DNA from: Pseudomonas aeruginosa
GTDB lineage: Bacteria > Pseudomonadota > Gammaproteobacteria > Pseudomonadales > Pseudomonadaceae
Direction: 5' to 3'
DNA: 32,000 bases
NCBI RefSeq assembly: GCF_001457615.1
Contig: NZ_LN831024.1
Location: 30,001 to 62,000, forward strand
A program made the translations under genes and the position numbers. Position 1 is the stretch's first letter, and every line of letters begins with the position of its first letter. Below the pieces are notes generated by a model, which did not search any database, was not told where the DNA came from, and saw nothing but the letters and a program-made list of their open reading frames with translations. Positions 10,629-23,181 of this stretch are shown one piece after another.

Positions 10629-12312
10629 TCTCCATCGCCTGGCCTTTATCTTCCTGTGCCTGCCGCTCATGGCCAGCGCCGCCCCCTTCACCTCCCCCGG
10701 CGACCGCGACCTGATCCGCGACCGCCAGCAGCGCCTGCTGGACGAACAGCGCAAGCGCCTGGAGGAACTCCAGCAACTGCCCGGCAAGGGAGCGCCCGCC
10801 GCTGCGGATGCCTCCGGCGACGACGAGCGCTGCTTCGAGATCCGCCGCATCGAGCTGGAAGGCGCCGGGCACCTCGGCGAAAGCGCGCGTCGCCAACTGC
10901 TGGCGCCCTACCAGGGGCGCTGCCTGGGCGTCGGCCAGCTCAATGCGCTGCTCAAGGCCGTCACCGACCATTACCTGGATCGCGGCTACGTCACCACCCG
11001 TGCCTACCTGCCACAGCAGGACCTGGCCTCCGCGACCCTGCGCATCATCGTCGTCGAAGGCCGCCTGGAGGGCCTGGACAGCTCCGCGCTGGCCAGCCCG
11101 CGCGAACTGGCGATGAGCTTTCCGGGCAGGACTGGCGAGTTGCTCGACCTGCGCGAGCTGGAGCAACTGGTCGACCAGTTGAGCCGCCTGCCGTCGCGCC
11201 AGGCGCAACTGGAGCTGGTGCCCGGCAGCGAGGTCGGCGGCAGCCGGGTGCGTCTCAAGGGCGAGCGCGACAAGCCCTGGCGGGTCTCCGCCACGCGCAA
11301 CAACGACGGCGACGTCAGTACCGGCGAGCAGCAGATGGGCCTGGGCCTGGACTGGGACAGCCCGCTGGGCCTGGCCGACCAGCTCAACCTGCGCGCCAAC
11401 CGCGACGCGGTGACCGACCGCTGGCGCCATTCCGACAGCCAGAGCCTGTTCTACAGCCTGCCCTGGGGCTGGTGGACCTTCACCTACGGCTACAGCCAGA
11501 GCGACTACCGCACGCGCAACGAGGCCAGCGGCTTCCCCTTCAAGCTCGATGGCGACAGCCGCAGCCACCAGTTCCGCGCCGAACGCGTGCTGCACCGCGA
11601 CGGTGTGAGCAAGACCGCCATGAGCCTGGGGCTCAGCCACCAGCGCACCAACAACTATGTCGAAGACACCCGCCTGGAAGACCAGAGCACGCGGATCACC
11701 GAGACCCAGCTCGGCTTCAACCATGGCCGGCGGATCGGCAGCGGTTTCGTCTACCTCGACCTCGGCTGGCAGCAGGGCATCGGCGCCCTTGGCGCGCAGG
11801 GTCGCGGCCACCCGCAGGCGGGCGATCCGAATGCGCGCTACGACAAGTACAGCCTGACCCTCAGCTACCTGCAGCCGTTCCAGCTATGGGGCGAGCGCTT
11901 CAGCTTCGACAGCCTGGCCACCGGGCAGAGGAGCGAGGACGTGCTGTTCAGCCCGCAGCGCATCAGCCTCGGCGGCAACAGCTCGGTGCGCGGCTTCAAG
12001 GACCAGACCCTGACCGGCGACAGCGGCGGCTACTGGCGCAACCAGTTGCGCTGGCGGCGCGCGGTGGAGTGGGCGCCGCTGCGGCCCTGGCTGCAGGAAT
12101 ACGGCGTGGCCTTCGCCTACGACGTCGGCGTGATCCGCCACGACCGCTACAACGACGGCGCCAGCGGGCGCATGAGCGGCAACGCCATCGAACTGGATGC
12201 CCGCGGCCGCTATTTCGCCGCCAGCGTCGGCTTCGCCCGCTCGCTGGAGCGGCCCAGCGCCATCGAGCGGCGCGAGCACCCGATCTATTTCCGGGTCGAC
12301 GCGTTCTTCTGA
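10624..12312 (+). CDS. cdiB: Two-partner secretion outer-membrane transporter (TpsB/ShlB/FhaC family) for CdiA
   Basis: POTRA-like N-terminal region (CFEIRRIELEGAGHL...GYVTTRAYLPQQDL...IIVVEGRLEGL) and a C-terminal beta-barrel ending in F. The preferred start is GTG 10624 (AAGGAA 8 nt upstream), giving signal peptide VALHRLAFIFLCLPLMASAAP. An alternative ATG at 10501 adds 41 residues with no signal-peptide character. Confidence 0.85.
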   Translation: MALHRLAFIFLCLPLMASAAPFTSPGDRDLIRDRQQRLLDEQRKRLEELQQLPGKGAPAAADASGDDERCFEIRRIELEGAGHLGESARRQLLAPYQGRCLGVGQLNALLKAVTDHYLDRGYVTTRAYLPQQDLASATLRIIVVEGRLEGLDSSALASPRELAMSFPGRTGELLDLRELEQLVDQLSRLPSRQAQLELVPGSEVGGSRVRLKGERDKPWRVSATRNNDGDVSTGEQQMGLGLDWDSPLGLADQLNLRANRDAVTDRWRHSDSQSLFYSLPWGWWTFTYGYSQSDYRTRNEASGFPFKLDGDSRSHQFRAERVLHRDGVSKTAMSLGLSHQRTNNYVEDTRLEDQSTRITETQLGFNHGRRIGSGFVYLDLGWQQGIGALGAQGRGHPQAGDPNARYDKYSLTLSYLQPFQLWGERFSFDSLATGQRSEDVLFSPQRISLGGNSSVRGFKDQTLTGDSGGYWRNQLRWRRAVEWAPLRPWLQEYGVAFAYDVGVIRHDRYNDGASGRMSGNAIELDARGRYFAASVGFARSLERPSAIERREHPIYFRVDAFF

Positions 12313-12424
12313 AGACGCGGCGACCTCCTGAACGCTTTAGGAAAGCGCCTACCTGCATCGAGGCCCTTTCCTTGGAAAACCTTGCTTAACCTCGCCGGGC
12401 CCCTACCCGCCAAGGAGTAACGAT

Positions 12425-13324
12425 ATGGACATCCGCAGCCCGCTGAACCAGTGCATCGCCCTGTCCCTGGCCGGCATCCTGTTCCTCAACCCGATCGTCG
12501 CCGCGGCGGCGGGGCTGGCGCTGGACAAGGCCGCCGGCGGCAACACCGGCCTGGGCCAGGCGGGCAACGGCGTGCCCGTCGTCAATATCGCCACGCCCAA
12601 CGGCGCCGGGCTGTCGAACAACCATTTCCGCGACTACAACGTCGGCGCCAACGGGCTGATCCTCAACAACGCCACCGGCAAGACCCAGGGTACCCAGCTC
12701 GGCGGGATCATCCTCGGCAACCCCAACCTCAAGGGCCAGGCGGCGCAGGTGATCCTCAACCAGGTCACCGGCGGCAACCGCAGCACCCTGGCCGGCTACA
12801 CCGAGGTGGCCGGGCAGTCGGCGCGGGTGATCGTCGCCAACCCGCACGGCATCACCTGCCAGGGCTGCGGCTTCATCAACACGCCGCGCGCGACCCTCAC
12901 CACCGGCAAGCCGATCATGGACGGCCAGCGCCTGGAGCGCTTCCAGGTGGACGGCGGCGACATCGTCGTCGAAGGCGCCGAACTGAACGTCGGCAACCTC
13001 GAACAGTTCGACCTGATCACCCGCAGCGCCAAGCTCAACGCCAAGCTCTACGCGAAGAACCTCAACATCGTCACCGGCCGCAACGACGTCCAGGCCGACA
13101 GCCTGCAGGCCACGCCGCGCGCCGCCGATGGCAGCGAGAAGCCGCAGCTGGCGATCGACAGCTCGGCGCTGGGCGGGATGTACGCCGGGGCGATCCGCCT
13201 GGTCGGCACCGAGCAGGGCGTGGGGGTGCGGCTGGCCGGCGACATGGCCGCCAGCGGCGGCGACATCCGCATCGACGCCAGCGGCAAGCTGAGCCTGGCC
13301 CAGGCCTCCAGCCAGGGCGACCTG
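12425..13324 (+). other. CdiA signal peptide + TPS (haemagglutination activity) secretion domain
   Basis: [25 protein letters not shown]...[20 protein letters not shown]...[18 protein letters not shown] are the hallmark NPNL/NPNGI-type TPS motifs. Boundaries are approximate. Confidence 0.8.
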
Positions 13325-16300
13325 AAGATCGCGGCCCAGGCCGTGGAGCTGAATGGCAAGACCTACGCCGGCGGCAGCGCCGAGATCCGCAGCGCGGAGG
13401 AACTGGTCAACCGGCAGAGCCTGGCGGCGCGCGAACGCATCGCGCTGGAGGCGGCGCATATCGACAACGCCGGGGTGATCGAAGCCGGCGTCGAGCCAGA
13501 CGAGCGGCGCAACGCGCGCGGCGACCTCGAGCTGCGCAGCGGCACCCTGCGCAACGCCGGCAGCCTGGTGGCCAGCCGCGCGCTGGAAGCGAAGGCGAGC
13601 CAGGCGCTGGACAACCAGGGCGGCAGCCTGAAGGGGGCGACCGTCCGGGTCGACGCCGGGCACCTGGACAACCGTGGCGGCAAGCTGCTCGCCGAGGGCG
13701 AACTGCGGGTCGAGGCGAGCAGCCTGGACAACCGCCAGGACGGCCTGTTGCAGAGCCGGGACCGCGCCGTGGTCAAGACCCGTGGCGATCTCGACAACCG
13801 TGGCGGCCAGGTGATCGGCCTGAACGACCTGGAGGTCGGCGCGGCGACGCTCGACAACGGCCAGCAAGGCCTGCTCGGCAGCCAGCAGTCCACCCGCGTC
13901 AGCGCCCAGGCGCTGGTCAACCGGGGAGACGGCGAAGTCTCCGGCAAGCGCGTCGAGGCCCGCGTCGGCAGCCTCGACAATCGCGGCGGCAAGCTGATCG
14001 GCGACGACCTGCTGGTGGTCGCCAGCGGTGCCATCGACAACCGCCTCGGCTTGTTCTCCGCGGCCAACCGCCTCGACCTGCGGGCGCGCAGCCTGGACAA
14101 CAGCGGCAAGGGCACGCTGAGCAGCCGGGGCGGCCTGGAGGTCAGCCTCGGCGGCCTGCTGGACAACCGCGATGAAGGCAACCTGCTCAGCCAGGGCGCG
14201 CAGCGCGTGACGGTGGGGCAACTGGACAACCGCGCCGGCGGCCTGCTGTCGAGCCGCAGCGAGTTGAACGTCCACGGCGCCAGCCTGGACAACCGTGGCG
14301 GCGTGCTGGTGGCCGACGCCGGCCTGAGCGCCACGGGAGGCGCCTTCGACAACCGCGACGGCGGCAGCGCCAGCGGCAAGGCTGGCGTGCGCGTGGAGGT
14401 CGCCAGCCTGCGCAACGACCAGGGTGGCAAGCTGCTCAGCGATGGCCGCCTGGACCTCGCAGCGAACGCCGTCGGCAACGCCGGAGGGCGTATCGCCGCC
14501 AAGGGCGACCTGCAGGCGACGCTTGGCAGCCTGGCCCAGCAAGGTGGCGAACTGGTCAGCGAAAAGACCCTGAAGGTCGCGGCCGACACGCTCGACAACA
14601 GCCAGTCCGGGCTGATCGCCGCGAATGGCGGCATCGCTATCGAGGCGCGGCAGGTCGACAACCGCGCCGGCGAGATTTCCAGCACCTCGAAGGTCGCCGT
14701 GAACGCCCGCGAGCAACTGGACAACCGCGGCGGCAAGGTTATCGGCGACAGCGGCCTGCGCCTCACCGTGCAGCGCCTGCTGAACCAGGCCAAGGGGGTG
14801 CTGGCCGGGCGCGACGGCCTGAGCCTGGACGGCGGCGAACTGTTCAACGGCGACGGCGGGCGGCTCGACAGCCAGAACAGCCTGAGCGTGAGCCTCGGCG
14901 GCGTGCTGGACAACCAGGGCGGCAGGCTGCTCAGCGATGCCGGCGTGACGCTGAAGGGCGCCAGCCTCGACAACAGCCGTTCCGGCGTGATCAGCGCCAA
15001 GGGTGCGGTGGATATCCGCACCGGCGTGCTGGACAACAGCCGCAACGGCGGCATCGGCAGCAACGCCGGCATCACCCTGGTGGCCGCCCGGCTGGACAAC
15101 GGCCAGCAGGGCCGGGTCAGCGCCAAGGGCCTGCTCGACGCCAACCTGAAAGGCCTCGACCAGCGCGGAGGCGGCGTCCTGGTCAGCGAAACCGGCGTCA
15201 CCCTCGACCTCAATGGCGGCACACTGGTCAACCGCGACGGCGGCCTGATCGCTACGCCCGGCGCGCTGCTGCTGCGCCAGCTCGGCGCGGTGGACAACGG
15301 CGCCGGCGGGGAAATCTCCAGCGACCGCGCCTTCACCCTCGCCGCCGCCAGCCTGGACAACCGCGGCGGGCGCCTGATCGGCGCCGCCAGCCTGACCCTG
15401 CGCATCGCCCAGGCCCTGGACAACAGCCTGGCCGGGGTGATCTCCGGCGCCGCCGGCCTGGACATCGCGGCCGCTCGCCTGGACAACAGCGCCAAGGGCA
15501 CCCTGGCCAGCCGCGCCGGCATCGACCTGCGCGTCGACGGCGCGCTGGACAACCACGCCGAAGGCACCGTTTCCGGCGCCCGCCTGACGCTCGCCAGCGC
15601 CTCGCTGGACAACAGCGGCAAGGGCCTGCTCTCCGGCAACGCCGGCCTGACCGTCGTCACTGGCGCGCTGGACAACGCCGAGGGTGGCCAACTGATCAGC
15701 CAGGGCGTGCTGGACGTCAGCAGCGCCGACCTCGACAACCGTGGCGGCGCCCTCAGTGGCAAGCAGTCGCTGCGCCTGAGCGCCGCCAACCTGGACAACC
15801 GTGGCGGCCTGCTGACCAGCGACGGCGAACTGGAACTGACGGCAGGGCGCGTCGACTCCGCCGACGGCGGCGAAATCTCCGCCCGGGGCGACCTGCGCCT
15901 GACGGTCGAGCGCCTGGTGCAACGCCAGGGCCGGCTGATCGGCGAGCGCGGCGTCAGTCTCGACCTGCGGGGTGGCGACCTGGATAACCAGGGCGGCCTG
16001 ATCAGTGCCCGCGGCCCGCTGAGCATCGAGCGGCTGAACGTCCTCGACAACCGCCAGGGCGGCGAGATTTCCAGCCAGCAGGGCTTCGAGCTGCTGGCCA
16101 GGCGCATCGACAACGGCCAGCAGGGGCGCATCATCAGCGCCGGGAAACTGCGCCTGGACGCCGACGCGCTGGGCAACGCCGGCGCCGGCCTGCTCTCCGG
16201 ATGGCAGGGCCTGACGGTGACAGGCGGGAGCCTGGACAACAGCGCCGGCGGCACCCTTTCGAGCAAGGACGGCGAGCTGGCCATCAGCCTCGGCGGCGCG

Positions 16301-19300
16301 CTGGACAACCACGGCCAGGGCGCCCTGGTCAGCAAGGGCGCGCAACGGATCGACGCCGCCAGCCTGGATAACGCCCAGGGCATTGTCTCCGGCGAAAGCG
16401 ACGTGACCCTGAGCATCGCCGGGAAGCTGGACAACGGCCAGGGCGGCCTGGTCTCGGCGCAGCGCGCGCTGAGCTTCGAGCGCGACGATACGCTGCTGAA
16501 CAACGCCGGCGGCCGGATCAACGGCGGCAGCCTGCTGCTCAAGGGCGCCAGCCTGGATAACAGCGACGGCCAGTTGATCAGCCAGGGCCGGCTCGACGCC
16601 ATCCTTGGCGGCGCCCTGGTCAACGCCGGCGCGGCGCGCCTGGCCAGCGGCGGCGACCTGCTGCTGCGCAGCGCCAGCGTCGACAACCGCGGCGGCAAGC
16701 TGGTCAGCCAGGGGCTGCTGGAGATCAGCGCCGGCAGCCTCGACAACAGCGCCTCCGGCACCCTCGCCAGCCAGGCCGGCATGAGCCTGCGCCTGGGCGG
16801 CGGCGCCCTGCGCAACCAGCAGGACGGCCTGATCTTCAGCCAGGCCGGCGCCCTCGAGGTGCAGGCCGGCAGCCTGGACAACCGCCAGGGCACGCTCCAG
16901 GCCCAGGGCGACAACCAGCTGCGTATCGGTGGCGCGCTGGACAACCAGGGCGGCCGCCTGGACAGCCGGGCCGGTAACCTCGACCTGCAGAGCGGCAGCC
17001 TCGACAACGGCGCCGGCGGCGTGCTCAACAGCGCCAAGGGTTGGCTGAAGCTGGTCACCGGGCTGTTCGACAACAGCGCCGGCGTCACCCAGGCGCAGTC
17101 GCTGGAAATCCGCGCCGGGCAAGGCGTGCGCAACCAGCAGGGCCATCTCTCGGCGCTGGGCGGCGACAACCGCATCGTCACCGCCGACTTCGACAACCAG
17201 GGCGGCGGCCTCTACGCCAGCGGCCTGCTCAGCCTCGACGGCCAGCGCTTCCTCAACCAGGGCGCGGCGGCGGGTCAGGGCGGCAAGGTCGGCGCCGGGC
17301 GCATCGACTTCAGCCTGGCCGGCGCGCTGGCCAACCGCTTCGGCCAGTTGGAAAGCGAAAGCGAGCTGCACCTGCGCGCCGCCGCGATCGACAACAGCGG
17401 CGGCAGCCTGCGCGCCCTCGGCCGCAGCGGCAGCACGCGGCTGGTCGCTGGCGGCCTGAACAACGCCTACGGCGTGCTGGAAAGCGCCAACCAGGACCTC
17501 GACCTGCAACTGGGCAGCCTGGCCAACGCCGGCGGGCGCATCCTCCACACCGGCAACGGCACCTTCGGCCTGGATTCCGGGCAGGTGATCCGCGCCGGCG
17601 GCGAACTGACCACCAATGGCCTGCTGGACATCCGCGCCAGCGAATGGACCAACAGCAGCGTGCTGCAAGCCGGACGCCTGAACCTGGACATCGGCACCTT
17701 CCGCCAGACGGCCGAGGGCAAGCTGCTGGCGGTGCAGTCCTTCACTGGCCGCGGCGGCGACTGGAGCAACGACGGCCTGCTGGCCAGCGACGGCAGCTTG
17801 CGACTCGAGCTGAGCGGCGGCTACCGTGGCAACGGCCGCGCCACCAGCCTCGGCGACTTCGCCCTGAACGCCGCCAGCCTCGACCTCGGCAACGCCGCCA
17901 GCCTCGCCGGCGGCGCCAATGTCACGCTCGGCGCCGGCAACCTGCTGGTCAACCGTGGGCGGATCACCGCCGCCGGCGACCTCGTGGCCAGCGCCGCGAG
18001 CCTGAACAACTACGGCACCCTGGGCGGCGGCGGCAACCTGCGATTGAACGCGCCCGCCCTGCTCAACGAGCGCGGGTTGCTGTTCAGTGGCGCCGACATG
18101 ACCCTGCGCGCCGGCGACATCACCAACCTCTACGGGGATGTGTACAGCCTCGGCAGGCTGGATATCGCCCGCGACGATGCCGGCAACCGTGCCGCCAGCC
18201 TGCGCAACCTTTCCGGGGTGATCGAGAGCGGCAAGGACTTCAGCCTGCGTGCCAGCCTGATCGAGAACCGTCGCGCCGTGCTGGAAAGCAAGTCGGGCCT
18301 GTACACCGCGAAGATGGAGCAGACCGCCTGCATCGAAGGCGTCAACGCGGGCGACTGCAGCGGCAAGCGCAACGCCATCTGGACCATCACCCAGCGCGAC
18401 AAGACCGAGGTCACCGCCAGCAGCGCCATGGGGCAACTGCTGGCCGGAGGCGACTTCGCCATCGACGGCGGCACCCTGAACAACCTTTCCAGCCTGATCG
18501 GCAGCGGCGGCAACCTCACCGCCAACCTCGAAGTCCTCGACAACCAGGGCCTGGAAACCGGCGAGCTGGAAACCATCCGCGTGCTGCGTACCGCTCGCGG
18601 CGGCGATATCGGCGGCATCGATCAGAAGTCGCGCAACTTCACCAACCTCTACTGGTACCAGAGCGCCAATTTCGACCCGGCGCGCGCGGGCGAGATCCCC
18701 GCCGCGCTCAACGCGATCCTCAGCGACTGGTCCTTCGAGTACGAATTCCCGAGCAAGGGGCCGACCCCGATCAGCAGTGGCGACCAGTCCTACGCAGCGG
18801 TGATCCAGGCCGCCGGCGACGTCACGGTCAATGCCAGCACGCGCATCGACAACGGCGTCACCCGCCCCGGCTACACCTTCGTCGGCAGCGGCCGCCAGGT
18901 GGGCGACAGCGCGGTGGGCGGCAGCGGGGTTTCGGTGGTCGTGCCGCTGACCTCGCAACTGCCGCCCGACCTGGCGCGGCGCCAGGTCAACCCGGTTACC
19001 CTGCCCGGCTTCAGCCTGCCCCAGGGTGACAACGGCCTGTTCCGTCTCAGCTCGCGCTTCGCCGAGGACGGCAATGGCAGCGCCGCGCTCGGTGCCGGCG
19101 CCGACCGCACCCAGGGCGGCAGCGGCGTCTCGGTCGGCCAGCAAGGCGCCGGCAACGTCGCCGGTACCTGGCAGGGCCAGGGCGTGCGAGTCGACGGCCT
19201 GGCTGGCGCGGCCAACGTCCAGGGTCAGGGCGGCAGCACGCTCGGCGGTAGCCTGCCGGGCGTCGCCCGGGTCCAGGGCGTGCCCGGCAACGCCACGCCG

Positions 19301-22300
19301 AGCGCCAGCCACAAGTACCTGATCGAGACCAACCCGGCGCTCACCGAACTGAAGCAGTTCCTCAACTCGGACTACCTGCTCAGCGGCCTGGGCATGAACC
19401 CGGACGCTAGCAAGAAGCGCCTCGGCGACGGTCTCTACGAGCAGCGGCTGATCCGCGACGCGGTGGTGGCGCGCACCGGCCAGCGCTACATCGATGGGCT
19501 GAGCAGCGACGAGGCGCTGTTCCGCTACCTGATGGACAACGCCATCGCTTACAAGGACCAACTGCACCTGCAACTGGGTGTGGGTCTGAGCGCGGAGCAG
19601 ATGGCGGCGCTGACCCACGACATCGTGTGGCTGGAAGAGGTCGAGGTGAACGGCGAGAAGGTCCTCGCGCCGGTGGTCTACCTGGCCCAGGCGGAGGGTC
19701 GGCTGGCACCCAACGGTGCGCTGATCCAGGGCCGCGACGTGAAGCTGGTGAGCGGCGGCGACCTGCATAACGTCGGCACCCTGCGCGCGCGGAACGACCT
19801 CTCGGCGACGGCCGACAACCTCGACAACAGCGGCCTGATCGAGGCCGGCAAGCGCCTCGACCTGCTCGCCGGCGACTCGATCCGCAACCGCCAGGGCGGG
19901 GTCATCGCCGGGCGTGACGTGAGCCTCACCGCGCTGACCGGCGACGTGATCAACGAACGCAGCGTGACCCGCTACGACAGCGCGCTCGACGGCCGCACCT
20001 GGGAGCGCAGCTTCGCCGACAGCGCCGCGCGGGTGGAGGCGGCGAACAGCCTGAACGTCCAGGCCGGACGCGACATCGCCAACCTCGGCGGGGTGCTGCA
20101 GAGTCGCGGCGACCTCAGCCTCGACGCCGGACGCGACGTCACCGTCGCCGCCGTCGAGGACCGCCAGGGCCAGACCCGCTGGAGCACGTCGCGGCTACAG
20201 AGCGTGACCCAGCTCGGCGCCGAAGTCAGTGCCGGGCGGGACCTGAACGTCAGCGCCGGGCGCGACCTCAGCGCAGTGGCCAGCGCCCTCGAAGCGCGCC
20301 GCGACATCGCCCTCTCCGCCGGGCGCGACGTGACCCTGGCGGCGGCGGCGAACGAGGAGCATGCCTACAGCAAGACCAGGAAGGTCACCTACCAGGAAGA
20401 CAAGGTCGCCCAGCAAGGCACCCGCGTGGACGCCGGCGGCGACCTGGCGATCAATGCCGGACAGGACCTGCGCCTGATCGCGAGCCAGGCCAGCGCCGGC
20501 GACGAGGCCTACCTGGTGGCCGGCGACAAGCTGGAACTGCTGGCCGCCAACGACAGCAACTACTACCTGTACGACAAGAAGAAGAAAGGCGACTTCGGCC
20601 GCAAGGAAACCCGGCGCGACGAAGTCACCGACGTCAAGGCGGTGGGCAGCCAGATCAGCAGCGGCGGCGACCTCACCCTGCTCAGCGGCGGCGACCAGAC
20701 CTACCAGGGCGCGAAGCTGGAATCGGGCAACGACCTGGCCATCGTCAGCGGCGGCGCGGTGACCTTCGACGCGGTGAAGGACCTGCACCAGGAGAGCCAC
20801 GAGAAGAGCAAGGGCGACCTGGCGTGGCAGTCGTCGAAGGGCAAGGGCCAGACCGACGAAACCGTGCGCCAGAGCCAGATCGTGGCCCAGGGGAATCTGG
20901 CGATCAAGGCCGTGGAAGGGCTGAAGATCGACCTCAAGCATATCGACCAGAAGACCGTGAGCCAGACCATCGACGCGATGGTGCAGGCGGATCCGCAACT
21001 GGCGTGGCTGAAGGAGGCCGAGCAGCGCGGGGATGTGGACTGGCGCATGGTGCAGGAGGTGCACGATAGCTGGAAGTACAGCAACTCGGGGTTGGGGGCT
21101 GCGCCGTCACTGGCCATTGCCATCGTTGCAGCTGCTTACCTCGGCCCGGTGTATGGCGCAATGGCCAGCAACCTCGCCATTGGCACCATCAACAATGGCG
21201 GTGACCTTGGCAAGGGGCTGCAACAGGCCACCAGCGCTGACAGTCTGAAAGGGTACGCCATCGCAGCGGCCACGGCTTATCTCGTCAGCCCGCAGTTGGA
21301 CAAGGCATTCGGCGTATCCAGTGACAACATCAACAAAGTCACCAAAGGATTCAAGCTCAGCACAGTTGAGGGAATCGGTGGATTTGCTGCCTACAGCATT
21401 GCCCAAGGCTTTGCTCAATCGGTCATGCAGCAGGCCGCCTATGGCGGCAGCTACATCGACAACCTCGGTAATGCCATGGCAGGTCAGGCGCGCAACCTGG
21501 GAATGGCGGTAGGTTTCAATTTCATTGGCGACTCGGTCAAATACCCTGATGGCAGCCCGCCGAAAATCATGGCTCACGCCCTGATGGGAGGTCTGCTGGC
21601 CGAAGCCTCCGGCAGTGACTTCAAGACTGGAGCGGCGGCCGCTGGTGCCAACGAGGCCATGATCAACCTCCTTGGGAAAATGGTAGGTGGCGATCAAAAC
21701 CTCGAACTGATGGCCTCGCAACTCGTTGGCGTAGCCGCGGCAAGTGCGGTCAATGGCGATGTGAGTCTGGGCGCCGAGATCGCCAAAAGCGGGACGGCGT
21801 ACAACCGGCAGCTACACCCAGATGAAATCAAATTCGCATCGGATGTGGAGCGCGTCAAACGTTATGCCCAGGAAAATGGGCTGAGCGAGGACACCGCCCG
21901 CAAAGAGCTTCTCAGCACGGCCGCCATGATGGTGGACAATGGCTGGAACCAGGCCTTGGCCGGCACAGACATCAACGCTGCCCGGGCTGCTCAGTATCTG
22001 CGTACGGAGCTGGGCACAGGCCCGGACAGCAATCTCTTCCAGGTGACCCAGGCTGACTACTACAACGAGCGGGTGGGGCTGACGGCGCTATTCAAGAACA
22101 AGGAGGCCCTGACCAGCGTTCTGGAAAACATAGCCCTAGCGAATCCCGCGAGCTATACGAGGGACCCCGCGAACCGTGCGGAAGTGCTGAATGCCAAAGG
22201 TGAAGGTAGCCAAGCGGGCTTTGGGCTGGCACTGGAAGGGATCGTCAGCGCGCCTTCAAAAACTGCCTTGTGGTTGATGGGTGCGCTAACCTGTTCAAGC

Positions 22301-22867
22301 TGTGCGGAGCGGGATATCCAGAACGCTTGGAACTCGGTTGCCTCGTTACCTGAAGACATCCGTATGAAAGGCTATCTGGATGCCTTGCACACCATGCAAG
22401 GCCAGGGTGCCAGCGTGGTGCGGGACAACGCCGCGAGTTCGACTGCATTGGGAGTTGAGGTTGGGCTGGCCATTGATGGAGGGTTGGCAGGGGCAGGCAA
22501 GGGCGTCGTTACGGATGGTCCGAAAGGAATACTTACACTGAAAGATTTTCCTGATGTCTCTACCAAGATAAGCCAGAAGCAGCTTCGCCATATTGCTGGA
22601 ACACAGCAGCTTGAGGCACGGGGAGGCGGTGGTTTCTTAAACAGTGTCTCTGATGCTCAAAAAGTGCTTGATGCCTACCATACCGGCCAAGTGAAAATCC
22701 TAGGGAGAAATGCTCAGGGATTCCCAGTAGTCAAGTTTGAGGGCGTTACTGGAACTAACGTTAATCTCGGTGTTGGTATAACTGATCAGGCAACCAATGT
22801 ATTTATTATCAAGGGCACAAAGAGTCCAAGTATTGTCCCTACAAATCCAAACTGGAGTCCCAAATGA
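12425..22867 (+). CDS. cdiA: Contact-dependent inhibition exoprotein CdiA (TpsA filamentous haemagglutinin-like), 3480 aa
   Basis: AAGGAG RBS. N-terminal signal and TPS domain with NPNL and NPHGI motifs, long beta-helical repeat tracts, a central non-repeat region ([12 protein letters not shown]...), GRD-rich FHA-2-like repeats, a DAMV motif, a Gly/Ala-rich pretoxin region and a divergent AT-richer C-terminus. It sits immediately after cdiB and before a small overlapping ORF. Confidence 0.95.
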   Translation: MDIRSPLNQCIALSLAGILFLNPIVAAAAGLALDKAAGGNTGLGQAGNGVPVVNIATPNGAGLSNNHFRDYNVGANGLILNNATGKTQGTQLGGIILGNPNLKGQAAQVILNQVTGGNRSTLAGYTEVAGQSARVIVANPHGITCQGCGFINTPRATLTTGKPIMDGQRLERFQVDGGDIVVEGAELNVGNLEQFDLITRSAKLNAKLYAKNLNIVTGRNDVQADSLQATPRAADGSEKPQLAIDSSALGGMYAGAIRLVGTEQGVGVRLAGDMAASGGDIRIDASGKLSLAQASSQGDLKIAAQAVELNGKTYAGGSAEIRSAEELVNRQSLAARERIALEAAHIDNAGVIEAGVEPDERRNARGDLELRSGTLRNAGSLVASRALEAKASQALDNQGGSLKGATVRVDAGHLDNRGGKLLAEGELRVEASSLDNRQDGLLQSRDRAVVKTRGDLDNRGGQVIGLNDLEVGAATLDNGQQGLLGSQQSTRVSAQALVNRGDGEVSGKRVEARVGSLDNRGGKLIGDDLLVVASGAIDNRLGLFSAANRLDLRARSLDNSGKGTLSSRGGLEVSLGGLLDNRDEGNLLSQGAQRVTVGQLDNRAGGLLSSRSELNVHGASLDNRGGVLVADAGLSATGGAFDNRDGGSASGKAGVRVEVASLRNDQGGKLLSDGRLDLAANAVGNAGGRIAAKGDLQATLGSLAQQGGELVSEKTLKVAADTLDNSQSGLIAANGGIAIEARQVDNRAGEISSTSKVAVNAREQLDNRGGKVIGDSGLRLTVQRLLNQAKGVLAGRDGLSLDGGELFNGDGGRLDSQNSLSVSLGGVLDNQGGRLLSDAGVTLKGASLDNSRSGVISAKGAVDIRTGVLDNSRNGGIGSNAGITLVAARLDNGQQGRVSAKGLLDANLKGLDQRGGGVLVSETGVTLDLNGGTLVNRDGGLIATPGALLLRQLGAVDNGAGGEISSDRAFTLAAASLDNRGGRLIGAASLTLRIAQALDNSLAGVISGAAGLDIAAARLDNSAKGTLASRAGIDLRVDGALDNHAEGTVSGARLTLASASLDNSGKGLLSGNAGLTVVTGALDNAEGGQLISQGVLDVSSADLDNRGGALSGKQSLRLSAANLDNRGGLLTSDGELELTAGRVDSADGGEISARGDLRLTVERLVQRQGRLIGERGVSLDLRGGDLDNQGGLISARGPLSIERLNVLDNRQGGEISSQQGFELLARRIDNGQQGRIISAGKLRLDADALGNAGAGLLSGWQGLTVTGGSLDNSAGGTLSSKDGELAISLGGALDNHGQGALVSKGAQRIDAASLDNAQGIVSGESDVTLSIAGKLDNGQGGLVSAQRALSFERDDTLLNNAGGRINGGSLLLKGASLDNSDGQLISQGRLDAILGGALVNAGAARLASGGDLLLRSASVDNRGGKLVSQGLLEISAGSLDNSASGTLASQAGMSLRLGGGALRNQQDGLIFSQAGALEVQAGSLDNRQGTLQAQGDNQLRIGGALDNQGGRLDSRAGNLDLQSGSLDNGAGGVLNSAKGWLKLVTGLFDNSAGVTQAQSLEIRAGQGVRNQQGHLSALGGDNRIVTADFDNQGGGLYASGLLSLDGQRFLNQGAAAGQGGKVGAGRIDFSLAGALANRFGQLESESELHLRAAAIDNSGGSLRALGRSGSTRLVAGGLNNAYGVLESANQDLDLQLGSLANAGGRILHTGNGTFGLDSGQVIRAGGELTTNGLLDIRASEWTNSSVLQAGRLNLDIGTFRQTAEGKLLAVQSFTGRGGDWSNDGLLASDGSLRLELSGGYRGNGRATSLGDFALNAASLDLGNAASLAGGANVTLGAGNLLVNRGRITAAGDLVASAASLNNYGTLGGGGNLRLNAPALLNERGLLFSGADMTLRAGDITNLYGDVYSLGRLDIARDDAGNRAASLRNLSGVIESGKDFSLRASLIENRRAVLESKSGLYTAKMEQTACIEGVNAGDCSGKRNAIWTITQRDKTEVTASSAMGQLLAGGDFAIDGGTLNNLSSLIGSGGNLTANLEVLDNQGLETGELETIRVLRTARGGDIGGIDQKSRNFTNLYWYQSANFDPARAGEIPAALNAILSDWSFEYEFPSKGPTPISSGDQSYAAVIQAAGDVTVNASTRIDNGVTRPGYTFVGSGRQVGDSAVGGSGVSVVVPLTSQLPPDLARRQVNPVTLPGFSLPQGDNGLFRLSSRFAEDGNGSAALGAGADRTQGGSGVSVGQQGAGNVAGTWQGQGVRVDGLAGAANVQGQGGSTLGGSLPGVARVQGVPGNATPSASHKYLIETNPALTELKQFLNSDYLLSGLGMNPDASKKRLGDGLYEQRLIRDAVVARTGQRYIDGLSSDEALFRYLMDNAIAYKDQLHLQLGVGLSAEQMAALTHDIVWLEEVEVNGEKVLAPVVYLAQAEGRLAPNGALIQGRDVKLVSGGDLHNVGTLRARNDLSATADNLDNSGLIEAGKRLDLLAGDSIRNRQGGVIAGRDVSLTALTGDVINERSVTRYDSALDGRTWERSFADSAARVEAANSLNVQAGRDIANLGGVLQSRGDLSLDAGRDVTVAAVEDRQGQTRWSTSRLQSVTQLGAEVSAGRDLNVSAGRDLSAVASALEARRDIALSAGRDVTLAAAANEEHAYSKTRKVTYQEDKVAQQGTRVDAGGDLAINAGQDLRLIASQASAGDEAYLVAGDKLELLAANDSNYYLYDKKKKGDFGRKETRRDEVTDVKAVGSQISSGGDLTLLSGGDQTYQGAKLESGNDLAIVSGGAVTFDAVKDLHQESHEKSKGDLAWQSSKGKGQTDETVRQSQIVAQGNLAIKAVEGLKIDLKHIDQKTVSQTIDAMVQADPQLAWLKEAEQRGDVDWRMVQEVHDSWKYSNSGLGAAPSLAIAIVAAAYLGPVYGAMASNLAIGTINNGGDLGKGLQQATSADSLKGYAIAAATAYLVSPQLDKAFGVSSDNINKVTKGFKLSTVEGIGGFAAYSIAQGFAQSVMQQAAYGGSYIDNLGNAMAGQARNLGMAVGFNFIGDSVKYPDGSPPKIMAHALMGGLLAEASGSDFKTGAAAAGANEAMINLLGKMVGGDQNLELMASQLVGVAAASAVNGDVSLGAEIAKSGTAYNRQLHPDEIKFASDVERVKRYAQENGLSEDTARKELLSTAAMMVDNGWNQALAGTDINAARAAQYLRTELGTGPDSNLFQVTQADYYNERVGLTALFKNKEALTSVLENIALANPASYTRDPANRAEVLNAKGEGSQAGFGLALEGIVSAPSKTALWLMGALTCSSCAERDIQNAWNSVASLPEDIRMKGYLDALHTMQGQGASVVRDNAASSTALGVEVGLAIDGGLAGAGKGVVTDGPKGILTLKDFPDVSTKISQKQLRHIAGTQQLEARGGGGFLNSVSDAQKVLDAYHTGQVKILGRNAQGFPVVKFEGVTGTNVNLGVGITDQATNVFIIKGTKSPSIVPTNPNWSPK
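13400..18100 (+). repeat. FHA-1-type degenerate ~20-residue beta-helix repeats inside cdiA
   Basis: Dozens of imperfect repeats built on xSLDNRGGxLxxxxxLxLxA (LDNRGG, LDNSxxG, LDNGQQG). They explain the long stop-free antisense and off-frame ORFs. Boundaries are approximate. Confidence 0.8.
19725..20790 (+). repeat. FHA-2-type repeats inside cdiA (GRD/GGD-rich)
   Basis: Recurrent AGRDV/AGRDL/SGGDL segments ([73 protein letters not shown]). Boundaries are approximate. Confidence 0.7.
20972..20983 (+). other. DAMV motif (aa 2850-2853), which I recall as the conserved/variable boundary of P. aeruginosa CdiA
   Basis: The codons GAC GCG ATG GTG are in frame ([16 protein letters not shown]). Third-position G/C bias relaxes about 80-100 nt downstream, at about 21060-21100. 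Confidence 0.6.
21806..22864 (+). other. CdiA-CT region (353 aa after a VENN-equivalent ...[11 protein letters not shown]|RQLHPDE junction): putative entry domain + ~120-aa terminal toxin domain
   Basis: [15 protein letters not shown] aligns by eye with the GAQAGKNAVENNxL / (Q/E)LYN pretoxin junctions of other CdiA proteins. The last ~120 aa (from about nt 22500) are markedly AT-richer and end ...[71 protein letters not shown]. Confidence 0.6.
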
Positions 22868-23181
22868 GTAGCCAGCCAACGTTGGAAGAATGGAATTTTC
22901 AAGTGTTAATGCTAATTCAAGCGTTGGTAGGTGCGATATCTGCCAATTTTAGAATGATTGCATTGTTATGGGATGGCGATGAGTGGGTATTGAGATTTTA
23001 TCTTGAAGAGAGCAACGAAGAGGACGTTGAGGAGATTGAGGATGTTGTTTGCCAATATACGGCATATCAGGGCTCTAGTTTGAGATGCAGGTCTGAGTTG
23101 ATCGTGGGGCGTGAACGCCTTCCGGGGCTTTCGGAGGTGGGTAGGGTTGTATACCGTCGCAGAGAGTCTTTTGATATTTAG
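22864..23181 (+). CDS. cdiI: Cognate CdiI immunity protein (105 aa, acidic)
   Basis: Its ATG overlaps the cdiA stop as ATGA (22864..22867). It is small and AT-rich, with an acidic stretch ([15 protein letters not shown]). The position is canonical for cdiI. I recognise no family. Confidence 0.75.
   Translation: MSSQPTLEEWNFQVLMLIQALVGAISANFRMIALLWDGDEWVLRFYLEESNEEDVEEIEDVVCQYTAYQGSSLRCRSELIVGRERLPGLSEVGRVVYRRRESFDI

Noticed and set aside
13400-18100. Strong periodic repetition that could be taken for a tandem-repeat array or a CRISPR-like structure.
   Set aside because: The repeats are degenerate at the DNA level, continuous with no unique spacers, in frame, and encode the ~20-residue beta-helix repeats of CdiA.
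12386-19768. 2460-aa ORF antisense to cdiA, plus other very long off-frame or antisense ORFs in the same span (13363..17196 minus, 12451..14175 plus, 17041..19029 plus).
   Set aside because: Their composition is Ala/Gly/Arg/Pro-rich and low in complexity, as expected from reading a high-GC repetitive gene in the wrong frame. They have no RBS or domain signatures. The plus-strand cdiA frame carries all recognisable TPS and FHA motifs.
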